From Tubulanus polymorphus (taxonomy: Eukaryota; Animalia; Nemertea), in the NCBI RefSeq assembly GCF_964204645.1, contig NC_134026.1, positions 8,021,950 to 8,085,949 on the forward strand: 64,000 bases of DNA, written 5' to 3'. The position numbers and the translations under genes were made by a program. Shown piece by piece: positions 1 to 10,525 of this stretch (its first letter is position 1; each line of letters opens with the position of its first letter). Under the pieces are notes generated by a model. The model did not search any database. It was given only the letters and a program-made list of their open reading frames with translations, and was not told the DNA's origin.

Positions 1-3000
1 TAATAACCATAAGGTAATGTTTTTATACCATCATCTGAAATATGCCTTTTATCATCAAATGGATTCAAACTAGTTTTTTCAGCTTCATTAATGTACATCT
101 CGTGATTTTCTGATCTTAAACAATTCATTTTATCTTTCATTACAATTGATTTATATAAACACTTTATATAATCTTGAAATTCTATATGTTTATCAACCAC
201 ATGTTTTGTTATTCCTTTTAACTTTTTAGCTTCATGATCTTTTGTTCTGTAACTATACATTTTACTTCTTATCCCAACAAATTCAATCATTTCATCACCC
301 CCTAATTCATCTTTAAACTTACTAGGAATCTTTTTATTATCATTGCTAAATAGTTCATGATCTTTGGGATAATTGCTAAAATCAAAATGATGTTTTAATG
401 TTTTTAAGTCTTTTGTTATATCATTTGTCTTGATTTTTAGTATGTAGGCGTCGGTATTTTTTTGGATTAATGGGAACCCAGAATTGAATGTTCCATCATC
501 TGTTGATAAATCATAAACATAGTCAGTTGGGTTATATATTTCAAATAAATCTTTAACTTCTTCTGTTAACTCATTTTCTACATGTCTTAAATTAAAGCAA
601 TTTGGTTTAGATTTAATCAATCCAATATTCATATTAAATCCTAATGAACTGCATAATATATTCAATCCTGATATAGCAACTTTTCCTTTTTGAGCTAAAG
701 ATATTGTTTTGCGATTTTTGAAACTTTTTGAACCATCTGCAGCATAGAATCCAATGAAGAACCATTTTCTTAAATTATTTTTTGCATTTAATACATAATC
801 TGGAACTATCTTTTCTTTTGTTGAAGTATTACTTTTAACTATTGCATGAATATAGAATTCATCATTATATTTTATAGCAAACTCTTTAGGATTATTTACA
901 AGTATTCTATAAACTGCTGTTGATTTCATAACATCCATGATTTTAAATGTTTTATTTGGATAAACTTCTTCACAGAATTTCTTTATTCTTTCTAATAATT
1001 TTAAGTCTTGATTGCATAAATACCAGCAATATTGAGTGCGATTAACATAATTATACACACCTGCTGAACCATCACCCATGAAAAATCCTTTGATAAAATA
1101 TTCTTTTTCTTCTAATGTTTCGGGTTCTACATTATAAATATTATCAATAATTTCATCAAATGAAATATGATTCATTCTTTGGAAAAATCTTTTATGCAAT
1201 AATTCATCTCCAATTTTTATATCAGTTGGTTTTATTTCATCACCATTTCGTTTAATTAAACTATGATCTTCTGTAACATCTACAAATGCTAATTTAGTTT
1301 TTAACTCTATAGATTTTCTTATTTGTTTTATGCCTAATAATATTCTTTAATTTTTTCCATCCATTTCTTGTCCAAACATCCATTAAATCATTTATTTGTA
1401 TTAATTCTTTTTCTCCATATGAAATATAACATTCATTTTGTTTTGGAATTATTTCTGAAATTCTTCTTATCAATATTTTATTATTACATTTTAATAATAT
1501 TGGGGTGTCAGCTGTTACAGAATCAAAATATAATATTTCAATATGCTTTTCCCCAAAAAGTGGTTGTAAAACATTATAATAAAAATCATACATTAATAAT
1601 TTTGATACTTCTAAAACAGTCGAACCAATAAATATAGGTTTATTAAATTTCATTGATGTTCTTTTTAATTTAACTGCTGTTAAATAATCTTCAAATCTTT
1701 TATTTCCTAAATGTCTAGGACTTGATTGTAGGTGTCTTAATCTTTCAGAATTATTTACTAATTCAATATCATTTCTATTTCTAATATTTTCGCATGTTTT
1801 ACCATAAAAACTATTATTCATTAATTTGAAGAAATCTTTTTCAAAATCTGTTTTTGATATGGTTCTCTGTTGAGTATTGAAATCTATATATTTTTCTAAC
1901 CACTTCGATTGATTAAATTCAATATATCTATGTACTTTCTTTAATTTCATTCCTTGTTTTAGATAAAATTTTAACATTCTATAATGAACAATATAATTGT
2001 ATTTATTATTTTGAGTAAGTATTAATTTTTCTGTAAAAACATGATCTTTCGGTTTTATTTTCTTCTGGTATTCACTTAAATAACTATCATCTACAGTTAA
2101 ATGTTCTGGGCAATAAGGTAAGTTTCTTGTTTTAAACTTAATATTTTCAGGATATTCTAAATCAACTACAAAGAAATAACCAATTGGTGCTTCATCTTTT
2201 AAACTCGCAATTGCGCTTTCCCAATCAGTTTTATCACCATTTTCAACTTCTGTTAATATAAATCATTGCCCAACCATATAAATTATTGGCGTCAATATAT
2301 AATAATTTATATTCATCATTTGCTTTAAAATATCTATCTCCCATAACACCACTAATTCCACCTCTAATTGATTTTTCAAATAATAAAACCATATCTGGTT
2401 CTTTTAATAAATCTAATTCTACATTTGTATATTTTAAACCACATTGCCAGGTTAAACCAGGACTAGAGTAGCAATAACAAGGATCAACATTAAAATGATT
2501 CAAATTAACTTCTCTAAATTTTTCAAATATGTCAGCCAATATCATAACATCTGATTTTAAATATAAATCAACTAATTCGCCATGATTTTTCATCTTAAAA
2601 TGGTTCCAAATATTTAATGTTCTATTAAAAACTTCGTCTTTCACATACTCCTCTTTTAATTGATCATAAAATTGATCTTTTAATAATTCTGTTACATTAA
2701 AATCATTGTGTGTTTTATAAAATGAATAAGGAATTGCGCCTTTATATCTCAATAATTTAAAATCTTGTTCATTTGGATAATAATATCGAGTTATAACAAA
2801 ATCATTATCAACTAAACTTTTTGATAAATTATCTAATGAACTTGCTAGAAATCTATAAGAATCTAAAAATCTAATGCAACCAAATTGAAATGAAATATAA
2901 TTTTCAGATGTTTTAGCTAATAGTTTAAAATCATATTTTCTTACATTTGCTTCATTCATAGCATTATATTCTTCTATTTCTTGATTAATTGCGCCCAATT

Positions 3001-4443
3001 TTCCCGATAATTGTTTTATAAATAGATGGGTATCATATCCTGATAAATTATGAAATAATATTGGTACGAAATTTACTTTTTTAGCTTGTAAATTGCAATT
3101 TTCATGAGCAGCTCCACGATATTTTGAATTCAAATCATCATGATCTCTAACTCTTTTATCAAATGAATAAAAACGTTTTTCACAATAACAACAATGAGTT
3201 CATTTTCATCTTTTTTGTAATATAACAAATCTATAGCATTTTCATCATCATAATATTCTGTTAAATATAAAGCTTCCAATGTATAATCTTTAATATTTTC
3301 ACCTTTTGTCTTTGGTAATTGCATTAATTCGAATACATTTATTTTTAAATTATTAACTTTTTCTATTTTAGGAATCATTTTTATAGTTACTGGATATTGA
3401 TCAATTTTATATAATGTTTCATATTTCCGATAATCTGTTATTCTACAAACATTTTCCTGTGATGGATGTAAGCAACTAATAATTGACCATAGAAAACATT
3501 TATTATCTTCATTTTGAATATTTATTACTGCTTTTGTTATAAATGGTAATTTAATATAAGATGATGCTTTAATATCCTTTTCTGTTGTAAAGTTTGAATC
3601 ATTTTTAAACATTTTATTACTTTTTGATGTTTTATTTCTTTTTGTATTATAAACATTTGAATCTAAATATATTATTTCATTCAATGTTAAGCCAGAACCC
3701 TCAAAATATCTTTCTTCAATATGACGTTTAAATTCATTTAATATTTTTTCTAACTTCTCTTTTATTTGTGTTTTTGAAATTATTTCTTCAGAGAGTGTTT
3801 GAATATTATAATTCATCTTTTCTTCTGACTTTATAAAACTTACTTTCCCAGAGATACTAATTTTTGGATATTCAACATCTGTTATCAAATCTAGTATTTT
3901 TTCTATTATTTCATTAAATTTACTATAATCTTCTATTGTTGTACCTTTAAAAAATCTAAATATAATAGCTGCAGGACCAATTTTACTATGTAATGTTTCT
4001 AAAATTTCAATTGTATCTTTTATTTCTAGTGAATCAATATAATTTCTAACATTTTCCATGTAAGGTTTATTTGAAATGGATTTAGTTTTTGAAGTTGATT
4101 TTTTTACTTGTTGAGGTTTATTATCAAAATATTCTGATCCTAAAACATTTTTATTTAAATTTTTATAATGTTTTTGTGATTCGAGATGTCTATTATAATT
4201 CCTTTTTACTATAAATTCATTACAAACTTCACATTTTATTTCATCCACATTCATATTTTCTAATCGTTCTTTTCTTTCATTGGAATTTTCTGGAGTTTCA
4301 AAATCTATTACATTTTTTATATGATTTGCAGATTTTTCATGTCGTGATTTTTGGGATTTATCGATGTATTTTTTACAATATTGACAATAATATTGATTTT
4401 TATTAACATTATTATTTTCTGGTTGGTGTTCATTCTCCCCCAT
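1..4443 (-). pseudogene. Polinton/Maverick (adintovirus-like) protein-primed family B DNA polymerase, intein-containing, disrupted
   Basis: Pieces in three ORFs plus an unlisted frame (3..~1297) join into one pPolB. Motifs in order: two C2H2 fingers, SSYIKLP..KAVINIQNEDNKCFLW, C..C....RDH..L...YRGAAHENCNL, FHNLSGYD, YLKSDVMILADIFEKFR, SIRGG, YIDANNLYGWAM, KLMNNSFYGK, YFD|TDA, KFKDE, SKMY, KGI, DDKR, TLPYGY at the window edge. Lesions at ~3200 (large deletion plus frameshift), ~2260 (small deletion plus frameshift) and 1298-1302 (+1 in a T5 run). No introns and much more AT-rich than the host genes. Confidence 0.92.
456..1521 (-). mobile_element. Intein with LAGLIDADG homing endonuclease inserted in the PolB catalytic motif (YxD/TD)
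   Basis: Block A SVTADTPILL directly follows YFD. Block B VDVTEDHSL (TEDH 1263-1274). LAGLIDADG motifs GFFMGDGS (1068-1088) and GFYAADGS (732-752). Block F YVYDLSTDDGTFNSG. Block G LIQKN followed by +1 Thr of TDAY. Span is 1066 nt = 355 codons after removing one extra base at 1298-1302. Confidence 0.95.
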
Positions 4444-4714
4444 TTATAAGGAAAAAAAATTACTTGTGGTGATCAGTGTTCGACCTTCGACCTCTGATCT
4501 GAAACCCTACTTTCCCAAATACTAGCAGAGATTCCTCTGAGTGACATTTGTGAAAACTTTGGTTAAACTTAACCAGGGATAGTTAACATGGTGACATAAA
4601 ATCTCATGTTTGCAATGCTATTTTACCGGCCGGTTATCTTACCAACTTTTGAGCAACCTTGAAACTCCAGAAAAGCCACGTGTGCTGACTACCAATCCAC
4701 CTCCGGTTTTCCCG

Positions 4715-5130
4715 GTGCTGGTTAAAATGGAGATGATTGTCGTCATGATCGTGATAGATGGTGATGCTTGTGAAGGTGATAGTGGTGATGTGATAGTGGT
4801 GATGGAGATGGTGATAGTGATGGGGATGCTGTAGGCGATCGTGGTGGGATGATGGTGAAATAAGTGATGGTGGTGATGGGGGAGGGGGGGGGGGTGATGA
4901 TGATGGTGAAATTAGTGATGTTGGTGGAGTTGGTGATGCTGGAGAAGGTGTGGCTGGTGATGGTGGTGATGGCGCTGATGATGGAGAAGGTGATGGTAGA
5001 GATTTTTTATGATAGCGATGCTGAAGGAGGTGACGGCGGTGATACTGGAGGATGATGGTGCAGATGGTGGATACGACGGGTGATGATGGTGGTGATGCTG
5101 GAGAAGGTGATAAGGCGATGGTGGTGAAGC
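4715..5130. repeat. Low-complexity GAT/GGT-rich degenerate trinucleotide tract
   Basis: Runs such as ggtgatgatggtgatggag; the overlapping His/Pro/Ser-rich ORFs are by-products. Confidence 0.85.
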
Positions 5131-6678
5131 TGAGCAAGGTAAAAACACTGACAGTGTCAAAACAAATTAGAAGTTTCTTGTTATTCTAGGGTAGCGCGAA
5201 CCAGGCCGATTACTGATGAAATCACGTTTATGGACTGACTGACTGACTGTGGATTTAAATAAGTTTGACGTTAGGATATCTTTTTATAGTAAAACCATCA
5301 CGGATTAATGTTAGGGTGAAACGATATTTTTATATGAAAAGCTGGCTTAATGCTCCGGTGTATTCAATGTTTCGTGCCCATTAACTAGACCTCAAGTGAA
5401 ACTGTTACAAGCATTATTGTTGTACGTTTTGATTTTGTAGTTTTCTGATCAAACGAAACCATTTCTGAACCTCTGAATAACTGAATCATTACAACAGTAT
5501 TTGAAGTAATGATCAAAGTAAACGGTAGAATACTAAAGTGGACGCCAGTTATGGCAAAATATGTTATTTGGTGAAATATAGTTCGTGGCAACATCCGAAA
5601 AACCTGTCAGTTGTAAAGTTTATTGCGCGTTATGAGTAATGATATGAAACCAATCCAACAGTTAGCGCATGGCTAAGGTAGTAGAAATAGCTGTAACGTT
5701 TCTGTTGCATTCAACTTAACCGTTACAAGGTAAGATGATGGAAGGCGAAAACCACCAAAACATGGTTATGTCATTCGATAATAAAAAAAATTTAAAAAGA
5801 TGATGAAAACATACAAAAAGTGAAAACATGTAATAAGGTGATGAAAACAAACTGTCAATAGGTGATAAAAAATCAATTGATGGTATCTTATCATATTTTC
5901 ATATTTTATCACCTATTCATCTTTTACAACCTTTTCATTATCTTTCGACGGTTGCCAATAGCAATATGTTACCTCATATTATTAATATATTACCTCAGCA
6001 AGAGAGTATATGAATACTTATACATTGTTTAGTATGGTAACGTATCTGTTGGGCCATATTTTGCAACAGAATAATTTTTTGTTGCTGAAGAAAAGCGAAC
6101 TTCATGGTCAAATAGATGTTTATTTGCCGACCATTACGGGTACCTGTAAAGATAAAACTCATTGGACTGATTTCACAGGAGAAAAAAATGCCCTTTGATT
6201 GTTGATGTCAACTGCGACTGAGGTTAAACGGCCTGTTCGCATTAAGTGAATATATTTTTTCAAAGATAGATCGCAACCAACAAAAACTATATATTTTTGT
6301 GTTGGAAACATACACCCGATCATGCCAAACAGATAATATCCCCGGGAAAATATCGCGGATTTATTGCGGCAACGAATTAAGTCCATGCATCAATGGAAAA
6401 TCCTGTATTCAACGGATTGATTCTGATAACGGCTCCAGTGACTTTAAAAAGCTAACGGTGAAATATAATGACGTTTTCAAAATGATAGTTATACAAATCG
6501 CGGCAGTTTTTTCCAATCGTATTTCAAGTATTGCAGTCATCATTCAGGAGAATCCGGCCCGCCGCCACCCTGATCATTCAGGAGAATCCGACCCGCCGCC
6601 GTCCGGACCATTCAGGAGAACCATTCAGAGGTGCTGCCTCAGTACACATCATTCGCGGTTAATAAGTGAACTAGAGAA

Positions 6679-8474
6679 GGGTCATTCTTAAGAATCCGCA
6701 GACCTGCCCTGAGAGGCCACATGGCTTCTCAGGGCAGGAACCTGCCCTGAGAGGCCATTGGCGCAATTAAGCAGTATAAATGGAAAACTCTGCTATAATT
6801 CTGATGAAACGGCGAACTATCTCGCCGATGTTTGACATGCACATTATCGAGTCATGAAATTAAATGGATTAAAATGAAATAAATTAAACGTATTGATATA
6901 TCGACACTTAACAAATAAAACGAAAGTGATATTTCAATTAAAATTCATTCATAATAAGAAATGTATTTTTAAAAAGTTATGTAGTTAACCGACGACGAAA
7001 AGTTATGGTGATTATATAAATTTCAAAGCATTAATTTAATTATTCAAATATCCTATAGGCCTACATAAACAATTTGTGTCGTCCACTGATATTAGTGCGT
7101 TTCAATATGCTGTATATTCTAATTCAACAGTGAATTTTTCGGGGTTGTCTACTGCTTTCGCAGAAACTCTATTGTAATTCTGCTGATCATATTTTTCTTC
7201 TCCGGGGTAAGGGTTGGTTGATCATATGTCATATTATTTTTCGTTAGGTTAATTACCTGAGCGCAGGCCAACTTTAATCAGTTTTATACTTTATCTAATG
7301 ACAATGGCATAATTATAGTTGCCACATGCAATAAGGCATACGCAATTGAATCTAATCTGATCAGCCCTGCGGGTGCAATTATATACGTAGTCTACTGTCG
7401 TCAACCTGCCCTGAGAGGCCAGTTCAACTGCTGCAGTTTGACTTCTGATATCACCTGCCCTGAGAGGCCTGTTCAACTGCTGCAGTTTGACTTCTGATAT
7501 CAACCTGCCCTGAGAGGCCACTTTCATTTTTGCAGATATCAACCTGCCCTGAGAGGCCACTTTCATTCTGCAGAAATCAACCTGCCCTGAGAGGCCAGTT
7601 TTACTGCTGCTGTTTGAGTTCTGATATCACCTGCCCTGAGAGGCCAGTTTCATTCTGCAGATATCACCTGCCCTGAGAGGCCAGTTCAACTGCTGCTGTT
7701 TGAGTTCTGATTAAACCTGCCCTGAGAGGCCACTTTCATTTTGCAGATATCAACTTGCCCTGAGAGTCTAGTTCAACTGCTGCAGTTTGACTTCCGATAT
7801 CAACCTGCCCTGAGAGGCCAGTTTCATTCTGCAGAAATCAACCTGCCCTGAGAGGCCAGTTTCATTCTGCAGATATCACCTGCCCTGAGAGGCCAGTTTA
7901 ACTGCTGCAGTTTGAGTTCTGCAGATCACCTGCCCTGAGAGTCCAGTTCAACTGCTGCAGTTTGACTTCCGATATCAACCTGCCCTGAGAGGCCACTTTC
8001 ATTCTGCAGAAATCAACCTGCCCTAAGAGGCCAGTTCATGCTTTTCCCACAGAGAAAAGTTTTTTTCATTTCTTTATTTCTATGAAAAATATTAGTATTT
8101 TTTAATTTGTTTCTGAAAAATACCAATTCTAATTCTTTTTTCTTATATATTTCAACAAAAATTCATATTTTGATTTTAGGTAACTTTTGTTTCCCTATCG
8201 TCTTGACTTTTTAACTGTTTTAGCTTAATATGATTAAAAGCATTTGTATTTCTCAATTTATTTCTATAGAATACAGCGTAGTCTTCTATTGTATGATCGA
8301 AAACTTTAGTTTGAATCTGAATATCCCGATCACCTTGCCACCATTTCAGCTCACTCTGTTGAATGGGTTTTCATTTTCTATTGATTCAAACGACTGGCCT
8401 CTCAGGGCAGGTTCCTGCCCTGAGAAGCCATGTGGCCTCTCAGGGCAGGTTCTGGAAAATCTGCAGAATGACTC
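6679..8474. mobile_element. Non-autonomous TIR DNA transposon with internal array of its TIR motif
   Basis: ~80-bp terminal inverted repeats (G(G/A)GTCATTC...acctgccctgagaggccacatggcttctcagggcaggaacctgccctgagaggcca) at 6679-6758 and 8395-8474. No transposase ORF and no clean TSD seen. Confidence 0.7.
7404..8037 (+). repeat. Tandem array of ~15 units: 18-bp core acctgccctgagaggcca plus one of two recurring linkers
   Basis: Core recurs every ~37-50 bp; linkers are of type gttcaactgctgcagtttgacttctgatatc or ctttcattctgcagaaatca. Confidence 0.9.
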
Positions 8475-8652
8475 ATATGGTGAACTAAAACTACTGCGCA
8501 AATTTCTACTGTGGCAAGCGACTACTAAGTTAGTTCGCACGTTCGCCGTCAACAGCAGCACTTGACGGGCTCTATGTTCAATTTAAATCATAAATTTATT
8601 CAACGCCAAAATAACATACATGTTAAGACCAAAACTGATTATTTTGAGAGCA

Positions 8653-10369
8653 ATGAAGAAAGTATTGACAAAGTGTTGTGTATGCGAGGAGCAAATGAGT
8701 CGTTATAAATGCCCGTCATGTTTCATTCAGTAGTAAGAAGAGTTCCCTCGCTTTCTTCAAATCGAATATTTAACGTTGGTTGTCGTTTAATATATTTCCA
8801 ATTTATAATCAATGAGAAATAAACCAAAAAATCAGTTATGAATAATGCACTCAATGTTCGATATTTTTCAGTTGTTCTGTGAATTGCTATAAAAATCATA
8901 AGAAAGGTAAATATGAAAAAACTGACGCCCCCTCCACCATGGATGAATGAGAGTGGCTCCGTTGATCTTAAATTGTTAATTATTACATTTTGCAGGCGTT
9001 TGTGGGACCCCAGAACAACAGATACCTGACGTAACACCAGTAATACCTACACCAGCAGCACCTGTAATACCTACAGCAGCAGCAGCTGCTGCACTTGTAA
9101 TACCTACAGTTACACCAGCAGCAGTACCGGTACTAGTCACCACTCCACTTTCAAATGAAGAAGGTACAGAAATACATAAGAGTAGATCCTAGTGATATGC
9201 AATTGATTGTTGTGAATCCTGGTCATTGTTTTGATTGTAATATTTCAATTGTCACAGCTGATGACGATGATGATTTTAGATGTTTAAATATAGAGGAAAG
9301 TGAAGATCGCGTCCCAGTCGAATCACTGCATTTATTAGGTGAGTTTTAGACTACAGTTAAACTCTTTTCAATTCTGGGCCCAGTTTCAGGAAAAATTTTA
9401 AGCCTAAAACGGTTAAGTTTGAATTGTTGTCCGCATTGAAAACACGAAGTAACCAATGGCAATTACACCAAAAATTTGAGTTTAACTCTTTCGTGAAACT
9501 GGGCCCTGGGCCTGGTTTCATAGACTGGTATCAAAGTTATCCCTAGGGGTAAATCCTTAATTCGGGTGCCAACCACCATAGTAACAATGAGAAACCATAG
9601 TAATACCTGACAAATTTCACAATGTTCCCAGGGACTATCTTTCCTCCACATCTATGAAACGCAGCCTAGCAGATCTTTAACGACAAAATTTGTGCGACTA
9701 CCGCCTGAAATTAGAGTTAATTGGGTTTTAGAGTTAATTTTCTCACTCTGAAATTAGAGTTAAATGGGTTTTTCTCTCAGTTGAGGTTACTTATACTACC
9801 GCGTACATCAATAAGATGAAATCGATGCAAGAACTAATTTGTAGTTGTCGAATGAACACTATACTCCGTGTAAACTGTAGATAAATGAAGAAATCCCACA
9901 CTTCGAATTTAAAATTATACGATTATATTTATTCTTACGAAACCTCAACGTTTCGGCTGTTGACTAACAGCCATCATCAGGTGGAATGACCAGAAAAACA
10001 AGTAACAAGAGTTTATATCCTTTGTTACTTCTTTTTCTGGTCATTCCACCTGATGATGGCTGTTAGTCAACAGCCGAAACGTTGTGGTTTCGTAAGAATA
10101 AATTTAATCGTATAATTTTAAATTCGAAGTGTGGGATTTCTTCATTTAACTAATTTGTAATTGGAACGAAACCGAGTGAAGAATAAATGATTGTAATTTC
10201 AGGTGAATCTCATGATGTAAAACAGTTACTACAGAATCAACATCTTAGAGAAATATTACTGAATTTATATCAGGACGGTAAAACTGCTACAGCTCATATC
10301 GAATCTGCGATGAAAGAACCGTTATTTATTGAATTGGCACAAACCTGTCTCACTACTATCAAACAATAA
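8653..10369 (+). CDS. ZNHIT3: Zinc finger HIT domain-containing protein 3 (multi-exon)
   Basis: Spliced exons give MKKVLTKCCVCEEQMSRYKCPSCFIQY|CSVNCYKNHK (zf-HIT), later EDRVPVESLHLL|GESHDVKQLLQNQHLREILL...AMKEPLFIELAQTCL. GT-AG junctions. Confidence 0.88.
9377..9667. mobile_element. Two abutting PIF/Harbinger-like MITEs
   Basis: First element ggcccagtttca...tgaaactgggcc (9377-9505) is flanked by CTG on both sides. The second, ggcctggtttcataga...tctatgaaacgcagcc (9509-9666), starts right after that CTG. Confidence 0.6.
9943..9984 (-). ncRNA. Minimal hammerhead ribozyme motif, mirror copy
   Basis: Reverse complement reads ccacCTGATGAtggctgttagtcaacagccGAAACGTTgagg (one stem I mismatch). Confidence 0.7.
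10046..10087 (+). ncRNA. Minimal type I hammerhead ribozyme motif
   Basis: ccac-CTGATGA-t-ggctgtt(agtc)aacagcc-GAAAC-GTT-gtgg: stem I CCAC/GUGG, 7-bp stem II, palindromic AACGUU in place of stem III. Confidence 0.78.
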
Positions 10370-10525
10370 AACACTATATTCAGTATATTGATTTATTTAT
10401 TGATTCCTCTTTGAGGTTTAATCGGACTTTATACAATTACACAATAACTGTGGCCTGAACCCTAGCCCCCTTCCAGCCCGGACCATGCACCCCCCTCAGA
10501 CAGGACCTGTACTCCCTCAGCCTCG

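Larger units (their letters stand above)
9848..10147. mobile_element. Penelope-like element remnant: inverted terminal-repeat pair carrying hammerhead motifs
   Basis: ~127-bp inverted arms over 9882-10148, each with a hammerhead core. Flanked by a 16-bp direct repeat aactaatttgta(g/a)ttg at 9832-9847 and 10148-10163. Confidence 0.75.

Noticed and set aside
456-1521. Hedgehog-type Hint domain rather than an intein
   Set aside because: It interrupts a polymerase active site, has a C-terminal Asn with +1 Thr and carries LAGLIDADG motifs, none of which fits Hedgehog Hint domains.
1294-1977. Stand-alone 227-aa gene
   Set aside because: It is an internal fragment of the polymerase plus the intein N-terminus, bounded by frameshifts.
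4610-5160. His/Pro/Ser- or Met/Val-rich ORFs
   Set aside because: Translations of a GAT/GGT low-complexity tract open in several frames, with no domain signal.
6795-6835. ctgatga followed by a hairpin, possible hammerhead
   Set aside because: No GAAA after the stem and no stem I pairing.
7404-8037. CRISPR-like repeat-spacer appearance
   Set aside because: The linkers are only two recurring sequences, the repeat also forms the flanking TIRs, there are no cas genes, and the context is eukaryotic.
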